Below, in pieces: positions 38,833 through 48,588 of a stretch of DNA of 64,000 bases. The DNA is taken from IMG/VR virus record IMGVR_UViG_3300045988_183866. One strand, 5' to 3'. The position numbers and the translations under genes are program-made. Within the stretch, counting starts at the first letter, position 1. Each line of letters starts with the position of its first letter. The notes beneath the pieces are model-generated. The model saw only the letters and a list, made by a program, of their open reading frames with translations, ran no database searches and had not been told where the DNA came from. The stretch comes from a virus.

Positions 38833-39792
38833 ATGGAGATTATTGGAGTAGATACCGGAAACAAAGCAATGAAGACGCCTGGCTGTGAGCCGTTTCCCAC
38901 TGGTCTTGTTCGTCACGGTACGACTGAACCAGCTATCAAGGGAGAGACGATGTGCTACATGGGGAAGTATTATTCCCTCAATGACAGCCGCACGCCTTAT
39001 CAGCAGGATAAGACGAAGGATGATACTTACTTTTTGCTGACGCTGATTGCCGTAGCAAAGAACCTTATAAAGAAGTATCCCAATCAGAAATTCTACAAAT
39101 ACGATGTATGCCTCGCGATGGGCTTGCCCCCGCAGCATATGTCCCTGAAAGCGAAGTATGATGAGTATTTCGGCAAAAGCGGGAAACTCATCAATTTCAT
39201 GTACAAAGATATCCCGTTTGAGATTACTGTCAAGCATGTCTTTGTCTATCCTCAGGGCTTTTCTATTACGGCAGCAGGCGAGATTCAGAAGGAAATCAAG
39301 CGCTATCCTCGTTCTTATGTTGTAGACATCGGCGGGTATACCACGGATGTGATTCGTTTCTCTGGTCGTGGCAACACTTATGCTCCGGACCTTTCTTTCT
39401 GCGAAAGCTATGACCGTGGAGTCATTGAACTCCTGAGCACTGTCGAGAGCGAGCTGCGCGTCCATTGTTCCTTGTCGGTCGATGACTACATGGCTGAGGC
39501 AATCCTTGCAGGAAACAACAACATGCTGGTCGATGAAAACGCCGTGAAGATTGCCAAGGAAACCGCAGACAATTATGCAACAGCATTGATTCGCACGATT
39601 TCCGAAAAAATCAAGGACGATTTCAAAACATCCTATTTCATCTTTATGGGCGGTGGTTCTGCTATGATGCGCGAAAGCATCGAGCGAGCCATTGACACCA
39701 AGAACCTTTTCTTCTTGACGGATGTAACCGCGAATGCAAAAGGATATGAAATCATGGCTCGTGCAAAGCTGACCATGAGCGGTGAAATTTAA
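38833..39792 (+). CDS. parM: Actin-like segregation ATPase (ParM/StbA/Alp family)
   Basis: The RBS ggagg sits 8 nt before the ATG at 38833. MEIIGVDTGNKAMK is phosphate-1, VVDIGGYTTDVI is phosphate-2 and IFMGGGSAM is the adenosine motif. Length is ~320 aa. The upstream in-frame extension from 38533 is rejected. Confidence 0.75.
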   Translation: MEIIGVDTGNKAMKTPGCEPFPTGLVRHGTTEPAIKGETMCYMGKYYSLNDSRTPYQQDKTKDDTYFLLTLIAVAKNLIKKYPNQKFYKYDVCLAMGLPPQHMSLKAKYDEYFGKSGKLINFMYKDIPFEITVKHVFVYPQGFSITAAGEIQKEIKRYPRSYVVDIGGYTTDVIRFSGRGNTYAPDLSFCESYDRGVIELLSTVESELRVHCSLSVDDYMAEAILAGNNNMLVDENAVKIAKETADNYATALIRTISEKIKDDFKTSYFIFMGGGSAMMRESIERAIDTKNLFFLTDVTANAKGYEIMARAKLTMSGEI

Positions 39793-39825
39793 GAGCACCG
39801 GTTTTGAAAGCGTGGTGAGCACTGA

Positions 39826-40290
39826 ATGCCGCGTGGACGTCCCAAAAAGAATGAAGCAGAAAAAGAGACCGTTGGCACGACGGTACGAACCACACTTGTT
39901 TTTGATTTAAGCAAAGACAATCATGTACTTGTATATGATTATCTGAATAGTTTGCAACGCGGCGGAAAAACCGATGCGGTTGTAAATGCTATAATCGACA
40001 AGGCTACAAAACAACATGAGATGCAAGAAGCGCAGTCCATCTTAAAAGAGGAATTGCAAAACACAATAGCAGAAGAAATCAGAAGCTGTATTCCTCAGAT
40101 TGTAGATGCAGTGACAAGCAGCATTCAGAAAAACGGGATTGCGGTAGCTGCGCCAGCTTCAAATTACTCCCCCCAAAACATTACAGACACACAAACCATC
40201 AACACAACTCCCAAAACAGAAGAAGCACCGCCTCCTATTTCAGAAGAAGCGATGCTTGCATTACAGTTAGCCGATATGTTTGGCGGCTAA
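39826..40290 (+). CDS. Small basic DNA-binding protein, candidate ParR-like adaptor
   Basis: The N-terminus MPRGRPKKNEAEKETVGTTVRTTLVFDL is AT-hook/RHH-like. It lies immediately downstream of parM. Confidence 0.4.
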   Translation: MPRGRPKKNEAEKETVGTTVRTTLVFDLSKDNHVLVYDYLNSLQRGGKTDAVVNAIIDKATKQHEMQEAQSILKEELQNTIAEEIRSCIPQIVDAVTSSIQKNGIAVAAPASNYSPQNITDTQTINTTPKTEEAPPPISEEAMLALQLADMFGG

Positions 40291-40953
40291 TCATTTGTCG
40301 TGATTGGCTTTCTCTATTTTATCGAGACGCTTAATCTTATTCTCAGCGTTATCTAATCTGTTGCGGTACTGAACTTCATTGGGTAACGCTTCACCATCAT
40401 TACCATAGAAGTATTTCTTTGCCTTTGAAAGTATTTGAGAACTTGTTTTTCTTAAATTCGGGTCAAGGTATTCGGCACCGACCAATGTTCTTGAAATATC
40501 ATCCATTGCATCGGGGCCAAGAGAAATCAGAAAAGAAGCCAGTTCCAAAGAGTATAGGTCTGCCACTGTTTGCGGAGCAGACACGGAATCAGGAATTGAC
40601 AAATTATAGCCAAACAGATAGCAAAACTGAACCACATAAGGAAATACTACAGTTCCAAAATTTGCATTTGGTTGCATGAATGTCTTGTTGTAAGCGGCAG
40701 TGCTGCTGTATCCCAACATTGCTGCAAATTCATCAGCGGTAAACCCATAACGGAGTCTCGTCCGTTCCATCAGAACATTCAGATATTTCACGGTATTCTC
40801 CGTGTCAACAAAGCAAGATTTTGCCTGTTCCATAAAGGTATCTACAATTTTTGCTCGTTCTTGCTTGGAAGCAGTGTTCATTTTGCCTCCCATCAAGAAA
40901 GCATTGAAGATATTCTCTACCGATTCGTGGTTGTTGTTGATATTGTTACTCAT
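40291..40953 (-). CDS. Putative HTH transcriptional regulator (221 aa)
   Basis: The RBS aggaggg precedes an ATG (plus-strand cat at 40951-40953). YGFTADEFAAMLGYSSTAAYNKTF is HTH-like. It is divergent from the gene at 41108. Confidence 0.45.
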   Translation of the reverse strand: MSNNINNNHESVENIFNAFLMGGKMNTASKQERAKIVDTFMEQAKSCFVDTENTVKYLNVLMERTRLRYGFTADEFAAMLGYSSTAAYNKTFMQPNANFGTVVFPYVVQFCYLFGYNLSIPDSVSAPQTVADLYSLELASFLISLGPDAMDDISRTLVGAEYLDPNLRKTSSQILSKAKKYFYGNDGEALPNEVQYRNRLDNAENKIKRLDKIEKANHDK

Positions 40954-41107
40954 AATTTCCCTCCTGCTTGGTTTAACAGACAAGTTTATATAATTACCGA
41001 AAACAACAATTTTTGTAACCGGTAATATAAATTATACCTTTACTGCACTTATATAATACCACAAAAACGTGAAAAAGTCAATTACTGTACATTAGGGGGA
41101 GCGATTT

Positions 41108-41563
41108 ATGGCCGCTATTATTTATCTTGATATCGTCAAAACGCCGGAACTGAATGGGGAGGTGTGCGTTCACAGTTTTGTCGTAAATCCTTCCGCCAAG
41201 TCGGATAGACAGAAGGATACTTATTTTATGGCTACTCCAATTGGTTATACAAGGCTGAAATTGGCAGAGCTCTGCCGCATTATCGAGAACATCGGTTTAC
41301 CAACAGGGTCTCAGATTGTCGTATTCAGCAGCGATAATGCGATTGCGCGTACTGGTGCTTCTTTTGGCGTAGAGGACGGCGATACTGAGCCCAGTCATAA
41401 CAAAGACCTTTGGGCGCGACTTAAATATGCCTGTAGCGCAAAGAAGTACAAGGTCATGTTCCATTATAGTGGCCTTTTGTCCGAAACCGTACATGATAAC
41501 ACGCATATTCATATTGAAACGAATCTTGCGAAAGGAGGGAAGGCAAATTGTCCGAAGCATTGA
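41108..41563 (+). CDS. Ribonuclease H-like protein (RNase HI family-like)
   Basis: AAIIYLDIV...YTRLKLAELCRIIENIGLPTGSQIVVFSSDNAIA...DLWARLKYACSAKKYKVMFHYSGLL..NTHIHIETNLA resembles the RNase HI layout (iYtDGs...ELlA.i.aL.......v.l.sDS.y...lW.rL......v.w.wvkGH.g...N...D.LA). Confidence 0.5.
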   Translation: MAAIIYLDIVKTPELNGEVCVHSFVVNPSAKSDRQKDTYFMATPIGYTRLKLAELCRIIENIGLPTGSQIVVFSSDNAIARTGASFGVEDGDTEPSHNKDLWARLKYACSAKKYKVMFHYSGLLSETVHDNTHIHIETNLAKGGKANCPKH

Positions 41564-42609
41564 ATAAAGCCCAAGAACAGCAGCTTTACGCATTGCTCGA
41601 TGCTATTATGCAGGACAACATTGTTCTGCGTAGAAGTTTTGGCGGAGACATCCCCAATTCTTATGTGCTGACAAAGTGCGTAAACCGTGTTGTGGAAGAG
41701 CGGCCGGAACTGAAAGAAGCGGCTGTTCTGATGATATTGTATCCGGCACTCAAATGGATGATGCAGGCACAAGACCTTGATGTCATGATGCAGAACTGTG
41801 AAAACGTTCACGACGATGAGATGTGCGATGTCGAAGCCATTTCCCGTCTGCGCCGTATTCAAAGCTGGCTGGCTCCGAACATTGAGGAAGAGTCTTTGCA
41901 TTTCAGGAAACGCAAAGAATACTTCGAAAGTTGTCAGATGCTTCTTGACGCCATTGAGGAGTCGCGGTTAGAACTCTTGTACGAAGTCGATTATTGTTCC
42001 AGCATGCGGGAGGTGTTTGATTGCTTTTTGAATCCCGCCGTTCTTCCGAAGAATGGACGCATCAAAATCATGAAGTATTGCGAGCGGTGCATTGAATCCG
42101 TTTACAATACAGCAGGTAGTGTTATCAAGGAATATTATAAAATCCTGATGACAAGCAGTGATGTGGACGGGGTAGAAGAAGCAAGCCTTTATCATAATGT
42201 TCCACTGCTCCTTACGGAATACACGCGTATTCTGTATCGTGCCTCACGGTCAAAGGACCCCGCCATGAAGCTGCTTGGGTCTTCTTCGTACGAAGATTTG
42301 AGTAAAATCAAAGTTTCTGATAAAAACAGAAGCGATGCCTATCTCATTGTGGAGTATGTGAAACTCATACGAGGGGCTATCGAAATCATGAAACAGTTCC
42401 CGCTTGGTCAACGTTATTATGACGTTATCCTTGCAATGATTGAGGGGAAAAAGTACAACTGGACAGATGAGCAGATTGCCGGGCATCTTGGTGTTACGGC
42501 AGGAACATTCTCTACCAGAAAAGGACATGCCATTGGTGTGTTCGGATGCTTATTGTTTGGCTGTGACGCGAACGGGCTGCTGAATTGCCTGATTGACGCT
42601 CGCGTTTAA
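41548..42609 (+). CDS. Putative transcription factor with a sigma-70 region-4-like C-terminal HTH
   Basis: C-terminal KKYNWTDEQIAGHLGVTAGTFSTRKGHAIGVF resembles sigma region 4 (L.deEIAe.lg.s.gtV.sr..rA). Confidence 0.4.
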   Translation: MSEALNKAQEQQLYALLDAIMQDNIVLRRSFGGDIPNSYVLTKCVNRVVEERPELKEAAVLMILYPALKWMMQAQDLDVMMQNCENVHDDEMCDVEAISRLRRIQSWLAPNIEEESLHFRKRKEYFESCQMLLDAIEESRLELLYEVDYCSSMREVFDCFLNPAVLPKNGRIKIMKYCERCIESVYNTAGSVIKEYYKILMTSSDVDGVEEASLYHNVPLLLTEYTRILYRASRSKDPAMKLLGSSSYEDLSKIKVSDKNRSDAYLIVEYVKLIRGAIEIMKQFPLGQRYYDVILAMIEGKKYNWTDEQIAGHLGVTAGTFSTRKGHAIGVFGCLLFGCDANGLLNCLIDARV

Positions 42610-42625
42610 ATAAGAGGTACAGATT

Positions 42626-43120
42626 ATGGCTCGGAATCATTGTACTTCTGAAAACAGCAACCATACAGAAACCCAAAAACAAAGTACAACTCCTAAAACC
42701 ATAACGTACGAACGCAAATGCAAGGAATGCGGCAGAATTTTTTATTCTACCGCCAAAAACACTCAATATTGCAAGTCCTGCAGTACCCTAAGAAGAGAAA
42801 CTCAGGTAAAGAAGAACACAGAAACGAGGCGAATGAAGATAGGACAGACAAGAAATAAAATCACTACGGGACATGCTTACAATCTGGACGGGAAAAGGGT
42901 TGTAATCCCGAATGATTATATGCTGAATGCTGTCAGCATATTCGCCAGTTATCTCGGTGTTTCATACGGCAAATTCGATTCATGGAAAGAGAAAAATATG
43001 GACGAATACCTTGAATGGGAACGTCAGATGCTCATTGATTATGTTGAGCAGAGTAAAAAGTGCAAGATGTGCGGTCCGAGAGCTCCTTCGCGCAAGGTGT
43101 TCGAAAAGTACAAGAGATAA
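42626..43120 (+). CDS. Zinc-ribbon protein (CKECG..CKSC; CKMCG)
   Basis: CxxC pairs at the N- and C-termini. Confidence 0.45.
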   Translation: MARNHCTSENSNHTETQKQSTTPKTITYERKCKECGRIFYSTAKNTQYCKSCSTLRRETQVKKNTETRRMKIGQTRNKITTGHAYNLDGKRVVIPNDYMLNAVSIFASYLGVSYGKFDSWKEKNMDEYLEWERQMLIDYVEQSKKCKMCGPRAPSRKVFEKYKR

Positions 43121-43134
43121 GGGGTGTGATAAAC

Positions 43135-44121
43135 ATGAATGAGCATTATGTTATCGGTCAGGTACGCGCCATGTATGAAGGCAAGGAACGTGTTTTCGAT
43201 GTCTATGATGATGGTACGGTAATTCTGCCTAACGGGGAACAGATGACGCTTGACGATTCCGTTGTGGAAACGCTTCGCGCCGAATACAACAACGCAAAGT
43301 CTGCCAACAACAATGGCGCAAAAGGGCTGAATGTGAATGTCGGCCATAGAGAGACCAAAGCTTACGAAGTGCTTACAAAGACAAGCGATACACTGGATGA
43401 AGCAAACCAGACGCTTAAAGATACTAAGCATGCCAGTAAGGAAATCCTAGAACAGGCACAAATCATCAAAAACAATAACAAGCGTAATATCGGTATCGCA
43501 ATGTTCATTGTTGCCGTTGTCGCCATCGCTATTGGCTTCTTCGTATACACAAACTGGGTCCAAATCAGCGGGCAGCTTACCGGAGAATATAAAGTTGCTG
43601 TCGTAAATGTGGATATTCCTTCTGGGGATACCATCGAGGATTCAGAACTCAGCTATAAGACTTTGAGTGTCAACGAATACGAATCCTTATGCGGTTCGCA
43701 TTTTGTAGATGGCGACGGGAAGATGCAGCAGGATACCCCCGTGTTCTTTGTGGATAGAACAGGTTCCATCGTAAACAAGTTTGCGACCTCTGATATGAAG
43801 GCCGGAGATATTGTTATGACGTCTTCTGTATCTGCACAAAAAGCGTCACAGGATATGTATGTGGTTGAGACCGAAGATAAGGATGGAAATCGTCAGAAGC
43901 AAACAATAGATGGCGCATTGCTTGCGGGGGATACGACCATTCAATATATCGCACGGGTAACTACTTCGTCTGGGGAGTCTTACGATGTTGTTTTGTCCAG
44001 TATTAAACTACGCGACAAGACAATCGAGGACGTTTTGAATGAGCAGGGTGCAAGTATTTTACAGTCTGCCAGTACGACAAACAGCGCAGATAAAGATTCT
44101 AACGTAGAAGGCGGTGAATAA
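43135..44121 (+). CDS. Hypothetical single-pass membrane protein
   Basis: The RBS aaggggtg precedes the ATG at 43135. TM helix IGIAMFIVAVVAIAIGFFVY. Confidence 0.5.
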   Translation: MNEHYVIGQVRAMYEGKERVFDVYDDGTVILPNGEQMTLDDSVVETLRAEYNNAKSANNNGAKGLNVNVGHRETKAYEVLTKTSDTLDEANQTLKDTKHASKEILEQAQIIKNNNKRNIGIAMFIVAVVAIAIGFFVYTNWVQISGQLTGEYKVAVVNVDIPSGDTIEDSELSYKTLSVNEYESLCGSHFVDGDGKMQQDTPVFFVDRTGSIVNKFATSDMKAGDIVMTSSVSAQKASQDMYVVETEDKDGNRQKQTIDGALLAGDTTIQYIARVTTSSGESYDVVLSSIKLRDKTIEDVLNEQGASILQSASTTNSADKDSNVEGGE

Positions 44122-44797
44122 AATGTCTAAGATTTATCATCCGGATTGCAAATCCCTTATCACATCTATGTATGTGAAGAATGGGCTTATCGCTATTCTG
44201 TTCTTGATTGCTTCTATTTTCGGTGTTGTTGTAATGCAGGAGTGGAAGATTCTTCTCATCGGCTTGATGTGCGCCGCTTATTTTATTTTTCAAATTTATG
44301 AGATTCATAATGATGAAAAAAATGAACGGTATAAGACTGTTAAGGGAATTGTTGTATCCGATGAGTCCAGCAAAAATATGATTCGCCAGCAGATTTCAAC
44401 CTATCGAATCATCCCTGTCAATGAGGATGGAGAGTTTATCGACAAAAACGGAAAATACGATTTTTTCCTCAGCGTCAACGAATCAAAGAAAAACGTTAAA
44501 AACTCTTTCTTCGTTGGTGCTATGTATGATTTTATTTTTAAATCAAATGAGGATGGCGTAACTGCGTTTAATGACAGAAATCTCGTAACCTGCAGTCGTG
44601 TAACGACAGCCGTCAAAAACGATGATACTATCGTCCCTGCTGATACGCAGAAATCAGTACCTTCCATGAGCCCGTTGGAAGCGTACGATAAAGTCAAACA
44701 AGAAGCTGAAAAAGAAGTTATTGAACAAAAAAAGAAACACACAAAAGAAAATCTTGTCTTTTTGGACGGATTTGGCGAAGGCGGTGATTCAAAGTGA
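44114..44797 (+). CDS. Hypothetical membrane protein
   Basis: Two N-terminal TM helices. It overlaps the upstream stop. Confidence 0.45.
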   Translation: MNKMSKIYHPDCKSLITSMYVKNGLIAILFLIASIFGVVVMQEWKILLIGLMCAAYFIFQIYEIHNDEKNERYKTVKGIVVSDESSKNMIRQQISTYRIIPVNEDGEFIDKNGKYDFFLSVNESKKNVKNSFFVGAMYDFIFKSNEDGVTAFNDRNLVTCSRVTTAVKNDDTIVPADTQKSVPSMSPLEAYDKVKQEAEKEVIEQKKKHTKENLVFLDGFGEGGDSK

Positions 44798-46218
44798 ATA
44801 GCTTTGTATCATTCGTCTTGCTGATGCTCGTTCCGTATATTTTTTCTTTAAGCATTATCTCCATAAATGTTAAGTACCTTACATTGCTTATTATTGCTGC
44901 GTATTGCATGGTAAACACATGGTACTCTGAAAACTCCTTTACTTTTATGGGAAGGCGTGTTCATAAGCGCGGTATATTGGTGCGCGGTATTGTGCAGAAC
45001 GTATGGCGCGGTGAAGATGATACCTATGTAGTAGATATTGCCGCAAAAGATTCTGACGGCATCGAAACGATTATTGTTCCTGCGCGGTCTGTTGGAAATG
45101 AATTCTTACGTGCATTCTTGGCATCACAGAAGAATGGTGAGTATTTTGATATTGCTGTAATTCAGTACACAGACAGCTTAGGAGAAAAGACTTACGAGAT
45201 ACCTTGTGATTGGGCAACGAACGGTTTGTCAAGTGGTTTGTCTTATCACCCGCAGAAGGGGAGAGACAGTTTTATGCAAAACCGAAAAGACCAAGGAGAT
45301 AAAACAGTATTTATCATGCGCGGTATCTGCGAGCTGCTGATTCCGGTGTCGTTTATCTGTTTTATTTTTGATGCAGGACTTGCTATTGTTTTACTGGTTG
45401 TTTCTCTGTGCGGTATTGTATGCTTTGTGCCGAGCCGCAAGTTGTCAAACCACAAATTTTGTGGTATAATATTAGTAGAAAGAACGATTGCTACTATTGA
45501 GAAGTGGTGGAATTCGAAATCTGACATGAATGTGCCTGCTGAGATAAAGGAAAGCGAAAATACCGCATCAGCAGAAAAAGAAAAGAAAGAAAAAACCGAG
45601 GCGATTCGCCGTGCAGTACAGAAGGCGGAGTCCGAAGAAAAGAAGTCTGAGGCCGTTGTAGCAATCGACGGTCTTTTGCAGAAGGGAACTGCTAAGATTC
45701 CAGTAAAGGAAGAATCTGTTGTGCAAGAAGAACAAGGTTCAAACGCACAAGAGTCTTCTGCTTTGGAATCAAAACAATCCGACAAAGATGATTTATCAAA
45801 AAACAAAAAGGTTCAGGAACCCGTCACAGAAACAAACAAGGATAAGGCTTCAGCGGATGCGGTTGCTGATTCAAACACAGCAAGTGCAAAAACAAGCGAT
45901 GGTGGTTCCAATGAACCTGTAAAGTCAAAAAGAACTTCCAAAAAACGCCAAACAACCAAGAAAAGAGAAAAGAAACCAGCGTCCTCAAATTCTCAGTTGA
46001 CATTTGATTTGCTTTCAGATGTTGCAAAAGAGGATGCACAAATCACCAATCCATCGGATAAGGTTCAGAATGAAAAAGACGATGATTCCTCTGACGAAAT
46101 CGAAAAAGTGGAGGATACCGACATCGAGGTCATTGAACCGCCGAAAGAACATGTAAATCGATTCGGGGACTCTTTGATAAAGAAGAAACCCGATGATAAC
46201 ATCGTGGCAGAATATTGA
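44794..46218 (+). CDS. Membrane protein with a long K/E/S-rich low-complexity C-terminal half. It contains an internal consensus promoter.
   Basis: The N-terminal half has TM helices. Nt 45442-45474 encode [13 protein letters not shown] but also form a perfect family-1 promoter. Confidence 0.45.
   Translation: MNSFVSFVLLMLVPYIFSLSIISINVKYLTLLIIAAYCMVNTWYSENSFTFMGRRVHKRGILVRGIVQNVWRGEDDTYVVDIAAKDSDGIETIIVPARSVGNEFLRAFLASQKNGEYFDIAVIQYTDSLGEKTYEIPCDWATNGLSSGLSYHPQKGRDSFMQNRKDQGDKTVFIMRGICELLIPVSFICFIFDAGLAIVLLVVSLCGIVCFVPSRKLSNHKFCGIILVERTIATIEKWWNSKSDMNVPAEIKESENTASAEKEKKEKTEAIRRAVQKAESEEKKSEAVVAIDGLLQKGTAKIPVKEESVVQEEQGSNAQESSALESKQSDKDDLSKNKKVQEPVTETNKDKASADAVADSNTASAKTSDGGSNEPVKSKRTSKKRQTTKKREKKPASSNSQLTFDLLSDVAKEDAQITNPSDKVQNEKDDDSSDEIEKVEDTDIEVIEPPKEHVNRFGDSLIKKKPDDNIVAEY
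45442..45474 (+). promoter_or_regulatory. Family-1 promoter (TTGTCA-aaCCACAAATTTTGTGG-TATAATAT) located inside the CDS 44794..46218
   Basis: Best match to the -35/-10 consensus in the window. The spacer contains a perfect inverted repeat, CCACAAA/TTTGTGG. Confidence 0.5.
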
Positions 46219-46249
46219 TTCTGTCACTCCTTCCAAAGGAGGAGCCTGT

Positions 46250-46903
46250 ATGCCGAAGAAGTCTAATGCAGAAAAAGTATGGTCCAATAAACTCCCTAAG
46301 ATACTCAAACCTGTTGGCTGTTCGTTTTCTGATGATGAATGGAACGACTTTTCCAGCTTTTTTCCTGTAAACGGATGGGATGCGTATCCTCCTGAACCCG
46401 ATAAGACCGGTGAAATCATAAAAAAGCTATTAGAGAACAAGGCTAATAAGTACAAGAATATTGTTTCTCAAAATAAATGCCTTTTGTGCGGTGAAGTCAC
46501 AGATGGTCTCTCTTCTCACTACCGCAAAGATTTAGGCTTATGCGTTGCCTGCTGCCAAAGCGTGTTCTATGTGCGCCGCTGTAAGCGCAACCGCCTTGTA
46601 ATAGACCCGGAAAACGGAAAAGAAATAAAGGAATGGGATAGAGATAAGACGCATGCAAAATGCGCCGTCTGCGGGAATGAAGGCATTTCTAATGTCGCGC
46701 TTTGCTTATGCAAGAAATGTTCTTCTCGCGCATCGAATCAACGTATCAGAAAGACCGCAGCAGATATCAAACCGGAAGAACTCGGCGTAAAGTATGTTAC
46801 GAAACGCTATCAGGATTATGCTAAAGAGATGTTCCCCGATAGTCTGAAAAACACTTCAGAAATAAAACTCGTACGACAAGATATGGGGTACGGTATTCGA
46901 TAA
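46250..46903 (+). CDS. Cys-rich zinc-finger protein (217 aa)
   Basis: The RBS aaaggagg precedes the ATG at 46250. Multiple CxxC motifs (CLLCGE, CVACC, CAVCGN, CLCKKC). Confidence 0.5.
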   Translation: MPKKSNAEKVWSNKLPKILKPVGCSFSDDEWNDFSSFFPVNGWDAYPPEPDKTGEIIKKLLENKANKYKNIVSQNKCLLCGEVTDGLSSHYRKDLGLCVACCQSVFYVRRCKRNRLVIDPENGKEIKEWDRDKTHAKCAVCGNEGISNVALCLCKKCSSRASNQRIRKTAADIKPEELGVKYVTKRYQDYAKEMFPDSLKNTSEIKLVRQDMGYGIR

Positions 46904-46921
46904 GGCACTTCTGATATTTCA

Positions 46922-46952
46922 CATGCCCTGCTTCGGCGGGGCATTTTTTTAT
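46922..46952 (+). terminator. Rho-independent terminator
   Basis: Hairpin atgccctgc-ttcg-gcggggcat followed by T7. Confidence 0.7.
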
Positions 46953-46964
46953 TCGCAATTTGTA

Positions 46965-46997
46965 TTGACCACATTATATTTATGTGGTATAATATAA
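46965..46997 (+). promoter_or_regulatory. Promoter TTGACC-ACATtatatttATGTGG-TATAATATA, family 1 copy
   Basis: Conserved extended -10 family. The spacer carries a CCACAT..ATGTGG inverted repeat. Confidence 0.65.
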
Positions 46998-47040
46998 ATA
47001 TTCCAAGCAAAACATTGCTTTTTAGTCAAAGGAGAAATTT

Positions 47041-47556
47041 ATGAAGAAGAACATTCTGTCCGTTATTGGTGCCGCCACCGTTGCAGCCGTTGCCCTGAAA
47101 CTCACGACCAAGTATGTGAAGAACGAGGTCATCAAAGAGTTGGAGGATGACGGTTATCTTTATGATGACGACGATTGTGATGACTGTGATGAGTGCTGCG
47201 GTTGTGATGAGCGCATCGATGACATTCATCACGCGCCCGTGGCTGCCGTTCATGTCATCCGCGTAGAACGCAAGCATGATGAGACGAAAAAGGATACTGA
47301 TAAAGCAACCGAGGCGAATCCTGATGCCGGTAAGGATGAATCCGGCAAGGTGGATTCCGATAGTGCGTCCGAGGTCACTGAGGCCAAGGATGAATCCGCA
47401 GAGAAGCCTGTTGAAGAAAAGGCGGCGGAGAAAAAGAAGAATGAGCCTGATATCGTTGTTCCTGTAAAACAGCCCGCCAAGAAAGATGATGACAAGTCCG
47501 ACTTGAACGTCCACGTTGATGAAATTATCGATTCTTTTTCTGGCCCCAACGCCTAA
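47041..47556 (+). CDS. Acidic protein with an N-terminal signal/anchor and a Cys cluster (CDDCDECCGCDE)
   Basis: The signal MKKNILSVIGAATVAAVALKL is followed by D/E/K-rich low complexity. Confidence 0.45.
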   Translation: MKKNILSVIGAATVAAVALKLTTKYVKNEVIKELEDDGYLYDDDDCDDCDECCGCDERIDDIHHAPVAAVHVIRVERKHDETKKDTDKATEANPDAGKDESGKVDSDSASEVTEAKDESAEKPVEEKAAEKKKNEPDIVVPVKQPAKKDDDKSDLNVHVDEIIDSFSGPNA

Positions 47557-47599
47557 TCAATCATTATTTTAATTTTTTACCATAAAGGAGACTTAAACC

Positions 47600-48289
47600 A
47601 TGAAAGATGCAGCAAAGAAATTCCGCAAGACCTGTGAGAAGTGCAACAAGCCGTTCAGCACCGCCAATGAGAGCGAGGTGCTGTGCCGCGAGTGTCGTAT
47701 GCGTGACGATTTCGCAAAGCGCCGCGCAGAGGATGAAGCTCGCAAGGAAGCTGATGCAAAGAGCAATGAGGTGTTTGAGACCCGCAAGTGCGTTGACTGC
47801 GGTCATGAATTCGACATCACCAATCGTGACCGCGATTTCTTCGAGAGTCACGGTTATTCTCTGCCGAACCGCTGCCCGGAATGCCGCAAAATTCATCGCG
47901 ACTTCGTGAAGCGCGGGCTGGATAACATCGGTCTGGAAGACACCTGCGCAGATTGCGGTCAGAAGCTGCAGTTTACCAATCGCGAGCTGTACTGGTATGT
48001 CGTCCATGACTACAAGCTCCCCACCCGCTGCAAGGCTTGCCGTGAAAAGCGCAATGAGCACTTCGCAAAAATCGCAGCAAAGAAAGTGACTGCTGATGGA
48101 GTCAAGGATGCGGTTATTGAAGCGCCCATCAATGAGTCGGTCGCAGAAGATGCCAATGTCCCCGCAATCACCGGGGATATTACTTCTCCCGCAGAGACTG
48201 TCACGGAAACTCCGGTAGAGGCCGCTGCCGAGACGGTTGCCGAGACCGCCTCCAATACGACTCCTGACGCCAACGGCGCATCCGCTTAA
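47600..48289 (+). CDS. Protein with three tandem zinc-ribbon modules
   Basis: The RBS aaaggaga precedes the ATG. Repeats are CEKCNKPF..CRECR, CVDCGHEFDITNRDRDFFESHGYSLPNRCPECR and CADCGQKLQFTNRELYWYVVHDYKLPTRCKACR. Confidence 0.5.
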   Translation: MKDAAKKFRKTCEKCNKPFSTANESEVLCRECRMRDDFAKRRAEDEARKEADAKSNEVFETRKCVDCGHEFDITNRDRDFFESHGYSLPNRCPECRKIHRDFVKRGLDNIGLEDTCADCGQKLQFTNRELYWYVVHDYKLPTRCKACREKRNEHFAKIAAKKVTADGVKDAVIEAPINESVAEDANVPAITGDITSPAETVTETPVEAAAETVAETASNTTPDANGASA

Positions 48290-48588
48290 TGTCGTCTTTG
48301 CACAGTTTCTGTATCGAGCTTCTAATTGTATACGGATTCTGTATTGCAACATGGGCTTTGTTTCGAACTTTGTTTGTGCTTAATCGCAACAAAATCAAGA
48401 AAAACCATGTTGACGGGGATTGCGACAGTAACAAAAAAGATGCTGCCGCAACAAATGTATTTGACGAAGGTATCGACAAACTCGATTGGTTCATGTGGCT
48501 TGCAACGAAGTTGGCCGTTGTAGCCTTTCTGATGCGAATCATCGTTGCTTTCTTTGCTCGATAATCTCAGTCGCGGAAGGAGTAAGCA

